Shown piece by piece: positions 49,316-59,211 of a DNA stretch of 64,000 nucleotides. The notes below the pieces were generated by a model. That model was not told the origin of the DNA. It saw nothing but the letters and a program-made list of their open reading frames with translations, and ran no database searches. Source of the stretch: Bacteroidales bacterium (lineage in GTDB: Bacteria; Bacteroidota; Bacteroidia; Bacteroidales; Tenuifilaceae); contig JAFTDN010000023.1 of NCBI GenBank assembly GCA_017454165.1, positions 4,325 to 68,324 of the forward strand, read 5' to 3'. Position 1 is the stretch's first letter. Each line of letters opens with the position of its first letter. The translations under genes and the position numbers were made by a program.

Positions 49316-51691
49316 ATGATTGTGTGCATTGCCGAGAAGCCCAGCGTGGCCGCCGAGATAGCCCGTGTGGTGGGGGCCCGCTCCCGACACGATGGCTACT
49401 TCGAGGGCAATGGCTATGGGGTTACATGGACTTTTGGCCATTTATGCACACTCAAGGAGCCCCATGACTACAGCCCTAGGCTGAAGCGCTGGCACCTGGG
49501 CGACCTGCCCATAATCCCATCGCGATTTGGCGTGAAGCTGATAGCCCAGCAGGGCTACGAGCGGCAATTCCGGGTAATCGAAAGGCTGGTGCAGTCGGCC
49601 ACCGAGGTGGTGAACTGCGGCGATGCCGGCCAGGAGGGTGAGCTGATACAGCGCTGGGTGCTGCACAAGGCCAAGTGCCGGTGCCCCGTGAAACGGCTGT
49701 GGATCAGCTCGCTCACCGATGAGGCCATAGCCGAGGGCTTTCGCAATCTGCATCCAGCCGAGCGCTACGAGCGTCTCTACCAAGCTGGGGTATCGCGGGC
49801 CATAGGCGACTGGCTGCTGGGAATCAACGCTACGCGCCTCTACACCATGCGATACGCCCAGCCCAAGCAGGTGCTTTCGATAGGCAGGGTGCAAACGCCC
49901 ACGCTGGCGCTGATAGTGTCGCGGCAGGCCGAGATAGACAGCTTCGTGCCCGAGCCATTCTGGGAGCTGAAGACCCGCTACCGCGATGTGGTATTCAACG
50001 CGTCCAAGGGGCGCTTCGCCACGAAGGAGGAAGCCGCGCAGATGCTCGAAACGATAACCGATAAGCCGTTCTCCATAAGCAGCTTCACCACCAAGAATGG
50101 CACCGAGGCACCGCCACGTCTATTCGACCTCACATCGCTACAGGTAGAGTGCAACCGCAAGTTCGGCATGTCGGCCGACCAAACCCTGCGCACCATACAG
50201 TCGCTCTACGAGAAGAAGCTCACCACCTACCCCCGCGTCGACACCACCTACCTGAGCGATGATATATACAAAAAAGTACATACAATACTCAAAGGATTAG
50301 TAAATTACAATCAGTTTATTGAACCATTACTTAAAGATAAAATACGTAAGTCGAAGCGGGTGTTCGACAACAGCAAAGTAACCGACCATCACGCTATAAT
50401 ACCCACTGGCATAAATCCCAGCGCATTGCACGGCTCCGAATACGATGTGTACGACCTAGTGTGCCGCCGATTTATAGCCAATTTCTATCCCGACAGCAAG
50501 ATACTCACCACCAACGTGGAGGGGGAGGTGGAGGGCCTTCCGTTCAAAACATCGGGCAAACAGATAGTGGAGCCGACCTGGCGGGTGCTATTCCCCCAGC
50601 AAAAGCTACAGACCGATGAGGATGCCATAATGCCGCGATTTGCTGTGGGCGAGAGCGGCACCCACACCCCTGAGCTGCAGGAGAAGCTCACTCAGCCCCC
50701 GAAGCCCTACACTGAGGCCACCCTGCTGCGCACCATGGAAACGGCGGGCAAGCAGGTGGACGATGATGAGATACGCGAGCTGATGAAGGACAACGGCATC
50801 GGCAGACCCTCTACCCGTGCCGCCATAATAGAGACCCTGCTCAGCCGAAACTACATACGCAAAGAGCGCAAAAATCTAATACCTACCCTCACAGGTACCC
50901 AGTTGATAAACATAATTAAGAACGACCTGCTAAAATCTGTGGAACTCACAGGGATATGGGAGAAAAAATTGCGTCAAATAGAGCTGGGCAGCTATGAGCT
51001 GAACACCTTTTTGGCCGAGATGAAGCAGATGGTGTCCGATATGGTAACCGCTGTGCTTTCGGACAACAGCGGCCAGCGAGTGCAGAGCGTACAGCCAGAA
51101 CCCATCCCAATGGGTAAAACCCAGAGGAAAGACAGACAACAACCAAAGTCAGCATCTGCTCCGCAGCTGCTATGCCCGCGTTGCGGACAGGCTCAATTCG
51201 TAAAAGGCAAAACTGCATGGGGCTGCGCAAATTACAAAAACGGCTGCCACACCACCATCCCATTCCAATTTGCTGGTAGAAGGCTGTCGGATAATCATAT
51301 ACGCCAGCTGCTTAAAAACGGCAAAACGAACCTTATAAAGGGGCTGAAACACGATGGACAAACCGTTGATGGGTTTGTGGTGCTAGCATCTAGCTTCGTC
51401 CTTAAAACCGAGGTTGCCGAGGAGAAAAAGCTGATCTGCCCGAAATGCAGCGAAGGCTACCTAATACGTGGCAAAACTGCATGGGGTTGTTCAGCATACA
51501 AGCAGGGGTGCAGCTTTCGTATACCTTTCAGGGTGTACGGCAAGCAGCTGTCGGCGGCCAATGTGGAGCAGCTAGTGTTGCGCCGCAAAACCGCCAAGCT
51601 ATCGGGGTTTGAACTGCCAGATGGCAGCACGGCGAGCTGTGTGCTGAAGCTGGCACCTGATTTTAACATCGAGCTGGAAAGGAAGGGATAG
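49316..51691 (+). CDS. topB: DNA topoisomerase III with two C-terminal zinc-ribbon repeats
   Basis: Toprim start MIVCIAEKPSVA, T.T.GHL, active-site region TYPRVDTTYL, GIGRPSTRA. Duplicated C-terminal module CP(R/K)C...GKTAWGC..YK.GC...IPF. Confidence 0.9.
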   Translation: MIVCIAEKPSVAAEIARVVGARSRHDGYFEGNGYGVTWTFGHLCTLKEPHDYSPRLKRWHLGDLPIIPSRFGVKLIAQQGYERQFRVIERLVQSATEVVNCGDAGQEGELIQRWVLHKAKCRCPVKRLWISSLTDEAIAEGFRNLHPAERYERLYQAGVSRAIGDWLLGINATRLYTMRYAQPKQVLSIGRVQTPTLALIVSRQAEIDSFVPEPFWELKTRYRDVVFNASKGRFATKEEAAQMLETITDKPFSISSFTTKNGTEAPPRLFDLTSLQVECNRKFGMSADQTLRTIQSLYEKKLTTYPRVDTTYLSDDIYKKVHTILKGLVNYNQFIEPLLKDKIRKSKRVFDNSKVTDHHAIIPTGINPSALHGSEYDVYDLVCRRFIANFYPDSKILTTNVEGEVEGLPFKTSGKQIVEPTWRVLFPQQKLQTDEDAIMPRFAVGESGTHTPELQEKLTQPPKPYTEATLLRTMETAGKQVDDDEIRELMKDNGIGRPSTRAAIIETLLSRNYIRKERKNLIPTLTGTQLINIIKNDLLKSVELTGIWEKKLRQIELGSYELNTFLAEMKQMVSDMVTAVLSDNSGQRVQSVQPEPIPMGKTQRKDRQQPKSASAPQLLCPRCGQAQFVKGKTAWGCANYKNGCHTTIPFQFAGRRLSDNHIRQLLKNGKTNLIKGLKHDGQTVDGFVVLASSFVLKTEVAEEKKLICPKCSEGYLIRGKTAWGCSAYKQGCSFRIPFRVYGKQLSAANVEQLVLRRKTAKLSGFELPDGSTASCVLKLAPDFNIELERKG

Positions 51692-51755
51692 GCGCAACAC
51701 CGTTGCACCTTGCAATGCCGCAGGCGGGTAAATCAGACCGCCCGCAGCATCACAA

Positions 51756-51785
51756 AAATGGGGGCGGAGCAATCCGCCCCCATTT
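51756..51785. terminator. bidirectional hairpin: perfect 13-bp stem AAATGGGGGCGGA / TCCGCCCCCATTT with a GCAA loop
   Basis: Read directly. It sits between the convergent stops at 51691 (+) and 51812 (-). A/T runs on both flanks fit an intrinsic terminator for either strand. Confidence 0.85.
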
Positions 51786-51811
51786 AGAGTTGATGTTGTA
51801 CGGCCCTTGCG

Positions 51812-54055
51812 CTACAGCCTCACCACCTTAGCGGCGGCGTTGCCCAGGCGCACCACGTAAACGCCTGTGGGCAGGCCGCTCAGGTCAATGCGGAGGTGAC
51901 CCGCAGGGAGGCTGAGCCTGCCGAAGCCCTCTGCGTGGGGGACGCGCAGCGCCAGCTGGCCGTTGATGCTGTACACCAGCACCTCAGCGGCGGCGGTGCC
52001 TTCGACGGGGCCTGAGCCTGTCGAAGGCACCGTTAGCCACAGCTCGCCTAGGGTGGGGTTAGGGCGGAGCATGAGGGCCATGAGCTGGACGTTGCGCAGC
52101 CCGGTGGCCCTTTCGAACACCGCCACTAGCGAGCTGTCGGCGGTGACGGTGATGTCGAGCGGGTTGGCCGCGCTCAGCTCGATGCCATTGCAATCCCAGT
52201 GCACGAAGCGGTACCCCTCGGCGGGCGTGGCCGTGAGCGTGGCGGTGGTGCCCGCGCTGTGGGCTCCTGCGCCAGCCACCGTGCCGCCCTCGGCGGGATG
52301 GGCCGTGGTGCTGATGGTGTATTGGGATGGCGCATCCTGCTCAAATTCAGCTGTAACGATGATGTTGGCGGCGACGTTGTTGTCGGTGCGGGGGGTGTCA
52401 GTGCGGCCATCGCTCCACTGCTTGAAGCGGTATCCCGCGTCGGGCAGGGCCTCCACCTCGGTGCCGCTATGGCCGTGTGCCACAACCTGCGAGGTGATGC
52501 CCGTGATGCTGCCGTTTGCTCCTGCGATGTAGATGAGCTTGTAGGTAAGCAGTTCAAATTCAGCCACTACGGCGGCATCGCCCGAGACGATGAACGAGTA
52601 GGTGGGGCTTGTCGAAACCTCGGCTCCGCCCACCGTCCAGCGCACGAAGCGGTACCCCTCGGCGGGCGTGGCCGTGAGCGTGGCGGTGGTGCCCGCGCTG
52701 TGGGTGCTCGCGCCGGCCACCGTGCCGCCCTCGGCGGGAAGGGCCGTGGTGCTGATGGTGTATTGGGTGGCAACGCGTACAAAATTACGCACTGCGCGTA
52801 TTTTGTACTTCTCATCGCGCTTGCTCTCGGGGTAAACCCCTCCCCACTCTGATATGCTCCAGGCCTCATTGGCTTTTACAGGTATGCTGCTCCAGTAGTC
52901 GCACCAGGCCAGAGGTTCTGCGTTTTCGATTTTGGCGAGGCTCTCGGCGACAAAGCTGTACAGACCCCACAAAAGCTGTAGCTGGCCGATGGAGGGCAGA
53001 TACCATCCGCGGTTGGCCGAGTCGGGGCTGATGGAGTGGGCGGCGGGGTAGTCGGCACTGGGTAGGGCTTGCAGGGTGGCGAAAGCAGAGCTGCCGTCCA
53101 TTACATTGAGCAGTCCCTGGAAGTGGGCCTCCCATCGGTCTTGGCAGTCTGGCACATTGAAGCTCGATGTTGCCGTTTCGAAGAACGCAGAGGCCCAGCT
53201 ATAGCGAGTGCCATTGTTCTGGTCACGTAGAGCCATGGCCCAGCCCCGTGTGCCGCCATGCGAGGTGAAGCACACCACGCCCACATCGCCATCGGCAAAA
53301 TGTATGGAGTCGCCCACATGCAAGGCCTTTTTGGGCTGCGTTTGGGTGGATGCCATGAAGGCGAGCACCGCACGGGCACCAAATTCGAAACGCTTGCTGC
53401 TCTCGTAAGCTGAGGCTCCATGGCTGTAGACAAACCAAGCATACTCTTTGTCATACTCTGTGCTGCTCCGATAAACACGATTTCTCATCGTGCTTGATAA
53501 TCCGTTATTCCTTGCTGCTATGGCCTTGATGGCAGGTTCCACCATGGCGTAGTGGGCGTAGAGCAGGCGGAGCTCTCCCAGAGCGGGGAGGTACCAGCCG
53601 TTGTCCCATTCGGCATCCGATATGGCGTGTGCAGCGGGGTAGTCGGCCTTGGGCAAGGCTCTTAGGATGGCGGTGTTGGCCCGGCCATCGAAGTCGTGCA
53701 AGGCGGCCTCTCGCGTTTGTTTGTTAAGGAGGCTGGGCACATCTTCCTCCTTGGTGCTATATGGCAGGTTACCCAGGTCTTTCAGGGCTACGGCTAGCCC
53801 CTTGGTTGGGATGCTTGGGTTCACCCAAAACACCACGCCGTGAGCGGTTTTGTTGGTTGCGTCAGCCCATTGAGCTGGTGGCACAAATGAACCATCGGTG
53901 CACAGGATGTCGCCAATCTCTGGCAGCTTTTGTGTTTGGGCCTGTGCGGCCCATGAGATGGAGGCCGCTATCAGGGTGCCCCAAAAAAATTGAAATAGCC
54001 TATGAATTAGGCTATTGGCCCTGCATCGTATGTGGGGGTTAATGTGTTGATACAT
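51812..54055 (-). CDS. surface protein: two DUF1566 (Lcl C-terminal-like) domains, four Listeria-Bacteroides repeats, T9SS C-terminal domain
   Basis: GWYLPALGELRLLY and GWYLPSIGQLQLLW are DUF1566 hallmarks. Repeats AEGGTVAG...TATPAEGYRFV.W. The C-terminus LRPNPTLGELWL...LPTGVYVVRLGNAAAKVVRL is a T9SS CTD. Start taken at Met 54055 (signal peptide follows). Confidence 0.75.
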   Translation of the reverse strand: MYQHINPHIRCRANSLIHRLFQFFWGTLIAASISWAAQAQTQKLPEIGDILCTDGSFVPPAQWADATNKTAHGVVFWVNPSIPTKGLAVALKDLGNLPYSTKEEDVPSLLNKQTREAALHDFDGRANTAILRALPKADYPAAHAISDAEWDNGWYLPALGELRLLYAHYAMVEPAIKAIAARNNGLSSTMRNRVYRSSTEYDKEYAWFVYSHGASAYESSKRFEFGARAVLAFMASTQTQPKKALHVGDSIHFADGDVGVVCFTSHGGTRGWAMALRDQNNGTRYSWASAFFETATSSFNVPDCQDRWEAHFQGLLNVMDGSSAFATLQALPSADYPAAHSISPDSANRGWYLPSIGQLQLLWGLYSFVAESLAKIENAEPLAWCDYWSSIPVKANEAWSISEWGGVYPESKRDEKYKIRAVRNFVRVATQYTISTTALPAEGGTVAGASTHSAGTTATLTATPAEGYRFVRWTVGGAEVSTSPTYSFIVSGDAAVVAEFELLTYKLIYIAGANGSITGITSQVVAHGHSGTEVEALPDAGYRFKQWSDGRTDTPRTDNNVAANIIVTAEFEQDAPSQYTISTTAHPAEGGTVAGAGAHSAGTTATLTATPAEGYRFVHWDCNGIELSAANPLDITVTADSSLVAVFERATGLRNVQLMALMLRPNPTLGELWLTVPSTGSGPVEGTAAAEVLVYSINGQLALRVPHAEGFGRLSLPAGHLRIDLSGLPTGVYVVRLGNAAAKVVRL

Positions 54056-54282
54056 AATAAGTTGCTGGATTATAATTAGTACAGTTGTACGATAACAAAG
54101 GTATGGCGACCCATAAAACTGCACAATCCCCCAAAGGTGGGTTTTTAGGAGTTTGGGGTAGGACATGCCGTAGTCGGCACCACATCGCAATGCGTTGCCA
54201 ACCCAGCGTTCTCCATGGTGTAGTGGGAGGTACGTAGGATGAGTGGAGCTCACCCCTTAAAATCACGTGAGTGTTAGATGTA

Positions 54283-55290
54283 TCATAGGCTGGCCATCCG
54301 CTTTACCAAATCGACAATGCGCGAGGCGTACCCGTACTCGTTGTCGTACCAGGCGAGTACCTGCACCATGTTGCCCCCCAGCACCTTGGTCGATAGCGCA
54401 TCGAATATGGCCGAGTGGGGGTTGTTGGTGATGTCGCTGCTCACCAGCGGGTCGGCGGTGTATTCGAGGTAGGGGGCCAATGGGCCGTTGGCCTGTAGCC
54501 TGAAGGTCTCGTTCACCTCATCGGCGGTGGTGCTGCGCTTGAGCAGGGCCGTGAGCTCGACAAACGAGCAGTCGGCCACGGGTACGCGGGTGGCGAAGCC
54601 ATCGAAACGCCCTCGCAGCTCTGGCATCACGCGTTCCACGGTGCTTATGGCGCTCGATGTGGTGGGGATGATGTTATTGATGGCGCAGCGGGCGCGGCGG
54701 GGGTCGGGGTGGTAACCGTCTTGCAGGTTTTGGTTGTTGGTGGTGGGGTGCACGGTGTTCATGAATCCGCGCTCGAAGCCGAACGTATCGCGCAGCACCT
54801 TGAGCACGATGGCCGCGCAGTTGGTGGTGCACGAGGCATTGGACACAATGCGGTCTGATGGCCGCAGCAGGTGGTCGTTCACGCCCAGCACCACGGTGCG
54901 CTCTATGGAGCTGTCGTCGGGGGGGCAGCTGAGGATGACGTGCTGCGCGCCGTTGCGCAGGTGCCCCTCGAGCAGGGCGGCGGTCTTAAAGCGACCGCTG
55001 GCATCCACCACTACATCGACCCCGCCCGTGCGGCGGTCGGCGATGCGGTCGGGCGCGGGCTCGTGTGTAACCACGATGGCCCTCCCATCGATGTACACGT
55101 GCTGCGCATCGTGCTCCACGTGGTGGGTGAAAGTCCCGTGGAGGCTGTCGTATCGGATTAAATGGGCCATAAGCTCGGTGCCCATCATGTCGTTGACCTG
55201 CACTACCTCGATGTCATCGTGCCCATGCGCCAAGCGCAGCACCAGCTTGCCAATGCGACCTAATCCGTTGATGCCTAATCTGATAGCCAT
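54283..55290 (-). CDS. gapA: type I glyceraldehyde-3-phosphate dehydrogenase
   Basis: GINGLGRIG NAD fold, SNASCTTNC active site, WYDNEYGY. Start taken at MAIRLGINGLGRIG. Confidence 0.95.
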   Translation of the reverse strand: MAIRLGINGLGRIGKLVLRLAHGHDDIEVVQVNDMMGTELMAHLIRYDSLHGTFTHHVEHDAQHVYIDGRAIVVTHEPAPDRIADRRTGGVDVVVDASGRFKTAALLEGHLRNGAQHVILSCPPDDSSIERTVVLGVNDHLLRPSDRIVSNASCTTNCAAIVLKVLRDTFGFERGFMNTVHPTTNNQNLQDGYHPDPRRARCAINNIIPTTSSAISTVERVMPELRGRFDGFATRVPVADCSFVELTALLKRSTTADEVNETFRLQANGPLAPYLEYTADPLVSSDITNNPHSAIFDALSTKVLGGNMVQVLAWYDNEYGYASRIVDLVKRMASL

Positions 55291-55474
55291 TATTCGTGCG
55301 TGTTTTGAGGTATCGTCGAGCGGTGCGTTGCCGCAGGGCGGCAAAGTTACAGCATTTTGTATTGCTCCGTACCCCCCAGCGGCAACCGTTGGCCTAGGTG
55401 CTGTTTTTCACACATTTTGGAAAACCATTAGCCCCGAGCAGCGTAAAGCATGTAGGCCCATAGGGAAATATGCC

Positions 55475-56992
55475 ATGCGACAAACGGTTTTCAGACGGAT
55501 CTCCATTCTGCTGCTGCTCGACATTCTGCTGCTGCTGCTGTCGTTCTGCGTGTCGTGCAGGCTGTTTAAGGCTACCAGCATGGTGGAGTACCTATATGAC
55601 TACCGAGTGGCCCTTGTGGCCTTTGCTGCCATCCTTACCGCCACATCGTACCGCTGCAAGAAGTATTTCTTCGAGTCGTACTCATTAATGCGGATAACCA
55701 TCGGGGTGCTACGGTCGCATCTGATGGCGTTGGCTCTGGCCACCATGTGCATGTACCTAGTGGGTGATGTGCACTACTCGCGCCTGCTGGTGCTATCGAC
55801 CATAGGCGGCGTTACGTTGTTCGACCTCGTGCTCTACAACCTCTGGGCCTCGCTCAAGCGGGCCAAGGTGCTGCCCGACAACATACTCATCTCTAGGTCT
55901 GTTCGGCAGGAGCTGGATGTGGATCAGCCCCCCGTCGATCCGCTGCTACAGCAGTTCATAAAGGAGGCCGTGCTGCAAGAGACGAGCCCGGCCATGCTTA
56001 GCTTTCTAGAGGCACAGGTGAACCTGTACTCGGCCAAAACATCGGTGATGTATGCCGAGAAGCTGTTCAACATCAGCAAGCTGCCGAACAATGTTTACTC
56101 GTGCGTGGTGAACTTGGCCAGGATGAACGATGTGCGCTTTGTGAATAAGTTCTTCGAGACCGTGAATTCGAAGCTCCCCGAGGGAGGTATTTTCGTGTGC
56201 CAAGCCGAGACGCAGGAGCAGCACAAGGTGAGGATGTTCAATAAATATCCGCCGGGTATCAACTACGTTGTGTACTCGGTTGAGTTTATAGTTAAGCGCA
56301 TCATGCCCATCCTTGACATCACCAGGGGGCTGTTCTTCTCTATCACAAAGGGTAAAAACCGGGTCATAAGCTTGGCCGAACTTCTTGGGCGGCTATATTC
56401 CTGCGGTTTTGCCGTGCTGCACGTGGCCCCAATAGAGGGTAAGACCGTGGTGGTGGCGCAGAAAAAACGCGAGCCATACTTCGACACCGCCCCCACCTAT
56501 GGGCCTTTGATTAGACTAGTGAGGGTTGGCAAGGGGGGGCGGCTCATCAAGGTGTATAAGATACGCACCATGCATCCCTACTCCGAATACCTACAGGAGT
56601 ACATCAGCCAGAAGCATGGCCTGCAGGATGGCGGCAAGTTCAAGGACGATTTCCGCGTATCGACCTTGGGGCGCATCATGCGCAAGCTATGGATTGATGA
56701 GCTGCCCATGTTCATCAATCTGCTCAAGGGCGAGCTGAAGCTCGTGGGCGTGCGCCCCCTGAGCCAGCAGTACTTCGGGCTGTACACCCCCGAGATGCAG
56801 GCTCGGCGCATCAGGTACAAGCCCGGGTTGGTGCCCCCGTTCTACGTGGACAATCCCCGCACGATTGAAGAGATAATGGACTCTGAGCGCCGTTATTTCG
56901 ACCTCTACGACAAGCATCCACTCCGCACGGACATCAGCTATCTGTTCAGGTCGATGTACAACATCGTGTTCAAAAAGCGGCGCAGCATGTAG
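55475..56992 (+). CDS. polyprenyl-phosphate glycosyl-1-phosphate transferase (WbaP/bacterial sugar transferase family)
   Basis: N-terminal TM block, then the C-terminal sugar-transferase core (KVYKIRTM, DFRVSTLGRIMRKLWIDELPMFINLLKGELKLVGVRP). The listed ORF start (54734) is an antisense read-through of gapA. In-frame ATG 55475 is preferred. Confidence 0.85.
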   Translation: MRQTVFRRISILLLLDILLLLLSFCVSCRLFKATSMVEYLYDYRVALVAFAAILTATSYRCKKYFFESYSLMRITIGVLRSHLMALALATMCMYLVGDVHYSRLLVLSTIGGVTLFDLVLYNLWASLKRAKVLPDNILISRSVRQELDVDQPPVDPLLQQFIKEAVLQETSPAMLSFLEAQVNLYSAKTSVMYAEKLFNISKLPNNVYSCVVNLARMNDVRFVNKFFETVNSKLPEGGIFVCQAETQEQHKVRMFNKYPPGINYVVYSVEFIVKRIMPILDITRGLFFSITKGKNRVISLAELLGRLYSCGFAVLHVAPIEGKTVVVAQKKREPYFDTAPTYGPLIRLVRVGKGGRLIKVYKIRTMHPYSEYLQEYISQKHGLQDGGKFKDDFRVSTLGRIMRKLWIDELPMFINLLKGELKLVGVRPLSQQYFGLYTPEMQARRIRYKPGLVPPFYVDNPRTIEEIMDSERRYFDLYDKHPLRTDISYLFRSMYNIVFKKRRSM

Positions 56993-57027
56993 CGGGCTCA
57001 GGGTAGCAGGGTCGTGTGGGCTGCCTT

Positions 57028-57665
57028 TTAGCAGGCGGGGCTGGAGGAGCCCTCCCATTCGGCTTTCAGCTGTTGGTAGAATCCCACCTGTGCCATTCTC
57101 ATCCAAGGGGCCACCCATAGCAAACCGATGCCTAGGGATAGCAAACCGAGGAAAATCCAGCCGATAAAGCTGAGGCGGAGCAGGAACAGGTCGACCTTGT
57201 GGCCTTGCATCATATCGATGCTGCGGTTGATGCACTCGTTGGGGCTGAGCTCAGGATGGTCGTTGGCGATGTAGAAGGTGAGCGCGTAGGAGTAGCCCTT
57301 TACAATGCCAGGTATTAACAGCAGCAGGCTCCATAGCACGGCGAACAACATCGTGAGCAGCGTTACGCCGAGCACTCGGCCATAGTTCTCGGCAAAGCCA
57401 GCTTTGAACATCTCGGAGACGGTGTTCTCGCGGCCTTGGCCAAAGCGGAGCAAGGCCACCTCGAGGCCATAGGATAGATTAAGCATACCGAGGAGCAGCA
57501 ACACCACCCCGATGGAGGGGAAGGGGTGGCCGCTATAGCAGCATTGCTTCCAGCCAGCGAAGATGGTGACGAAGACAAGGTGGCCAAAACGGGTTGCAGC
57601 CATTTCCCCTTGAGGGTGCTACGGGCATTCTGCCGGAGGGCTGATCGTGGTAGCATAGGTTTCAC
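57028..57665 (-). pseudogene. DUF975 family membrane protein interrupted by a 1-nt frameshift
   Basis: The N-terminal DUF975 signature (RSALRQNARSTLKGKWLQPVLATL) is in the frame starting at 57665. The rest of the protein (VFVTIFAGW...GYSYALTFYI...) is in the frame of ORF 57603-57028. The frames meet around 57565-57580 (GCC ACC TTG TCT TCG versus C CTT GTC TTC). Confidence 0.6.
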
Positions 57666-57806
57666 GGTTATGGTTTAGGCAAAGGTAGTAAATTTCTCAT
57701 GTAATGATAGATACTTTGGGCGAAAAGTTATATTTTTGCAATAGCTATCAAGAGCTTATAGCCAACGGGCGATGCGGCCCATAGAACATACACAAACATA
57801 ACGGAC

Positions 57807-58373
57807 ATGAAACAGACACTTGAGGTAACCGAGGGCATCTTCCCAATGCCGGTGCTGCTAGTTGCCACGTACAACGCCGATGGCAGCATCGATGTGATGA
57901 ACGCCGCATGGGGCACCATGCTCGACCGCAATAGGGTGGCGCTGAACCTAACCGAAACCCACCAGACGGTGGAGAACATCAAGCGGCGCAAGGGCTTTGT
58001 GGTCCACATTGCCGATGCAGCGCATGTGGTGGAGGCCGACTATTTTGGCGTAGTGTCGGGTAGGGTAGAGAAGGACAAGTTCGCCAAGAGTGGCCTCACT
58101 GCGGCCAAATCCACGCTGGTTGACGCACCTATCATCAACGAACTGCCCGTGGCACTGGAGTGCGAGTTCATTGAATACCAAAGCGATGATACGGGGCTAG
58201 GTGTCATCGGTAAGGTGCTGCAAACCTCTGTCGAGGCCAGCAAGATGAAAGACGGCAAGGTGGATGTGGAAGCCCTGCAAGCCATTGCCTTCGACCCCTA
58301 CACGCATGGCTACTACCGCGTGTCGGAGCGCGTGGGCGAGGCGTTTAAGGATGGCCTACGGCTGAAGCGGTAA
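57807..58373 (+). CDS. flavin reductase-like (FMN-binding split-barrel) protein
   Basis: PMPVLLVATYNADGSIDVMNAAW, and overall similarity to flavoredoxin/flavin reductase domain proteins. Confidence 0.75.
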   Translation: MKQTLEVTEGIFPMPVLLVATYNADGSIDVMNAAWGTMLDRNRVALNLTETHQTVENIKRRKGFVVHIADAAHVVEADYFGVVSGRVEKDKFAKSGLTAAKSTLVDAPIINELPVALECEFIEYQSDDTGLGVIGKVLQTSVEASKMKDGKVDVEALQAIAFDPYTHGYYRVSERVGEAFKDGLRLKR

Positions 58374-59149
58374 TGCTGTTCCACACCTACGGCGACAGAA
58401 CGAAGTTCAGCCTGATGCTGCTGCCCGGGCTGGGTGTTTCGTATGAGATATTCCTGCCGCTGATAGAGCGGTTGCAGGGCCAATTCCACATAGCGGCGGC
58501 TGAGGTTGATGGCTTTTTGCTCGGCGGGCACTCCGAATACACCAGCGTGGCCGACCAAGCGGCGCAGGCCATTACCCATGTTAAACAGCACCTGGGGGGG
58601 CATTTAGACTGCGCTTACGGGCTGTCGATGGGCGGAAAAATACTGTCGCGGATGCTGGAGGATGGCGGTCTCGACATCGGCCACGCTGTTTTGGATGCCG
58701 CCCCGCTGCTGCCCCTGCCCCGATGGCTGGTGGGGCCGCTGCGCTACTTCCAGTGCGCGAACGTGTGGACATGCTACCACTGGACGGGCTTTTGGAAAAG
58801 AGCGTTCCGCTCGCACTATTTCGACGTGCTGCTCGATGAGTGCAAGAAGGTGTGGCCCTACGGCAAGAGCCGTGCCGTGCTCGATGGGTATAAGGACATA
58901 TACACCCACGGGCTGGAAGCCATTGCTGGCCGCCCCGACATCCATTTTTGGTATGGCACCAAAGAGGCTTTTGTGGCTAAACCCCAAGTGAAGCACCTGC
59001 TGAAACTCTACCCAGAGACAAGGGTGGAGGTTTTTCGGGGCATGAACCACGGCCAACTTCTGGTGGATAAACCCGATGAGGTGGCTGAACGCCTTATAAA
59101 CCTTGTGAGAAAGCGTCAGGCACTAGATGGCTCTATTACGCATGGATAA
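58373..59149 (+). CDS. alpha/beta hydrolase
   Basis: Nucleophile elbow GLSMGG (GxSxG). A C-terminal H is present (NHGQLL). The start overlaps the previous stop by 1 nt (TAATG). Confidence 0.75.
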   Translation: MLFHTYGDRTKFSLMLLPGLGVSYEIFLPLIERLQGQFHIAAAEVDGFLLGGHSEYTSVADQAAQAITHVKQHLGGHLDCAYGLSMGGKILSRMLEDGGLDIGHAVLDAAPLLPLPRWLVGPLRYFQCANVWTCYHWTGFWKRAFRSHYFDVLLDECKKVWPYGKSRAVLDGYKDIYTHGLEAIAGRPDIHFWYGTKEAFVAKPQVKHLLKLYPETRVEVFRGMNHGQLLVDKPDEVAERLINLVRKRQALDGSITHG

Positions 59150-59211
59150 ACATTAATATAACACGATAAAAACCAATCTGTTATGCCGTGTTGTTTAAAC
59201 AATGATGTGGG

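Noticed and set aside
54734-55474. N-terminal 247 codons of the listed 752-aa ORF (54734-56992).
   Set aside because: This part is antisense to gapA and has no protein-like sequence. The sugar-transferase homology and TM block begin after the in-frame ATG at 55475.
57363-57665. 100-aa ORF as an independent gene.
   Set aside because: Only its first ~30 codons look protein-like (the DUF975 N-terminus). The rest is an out-of-frame read of the downstream DUF975 body, so I interpret it as a frameshift.
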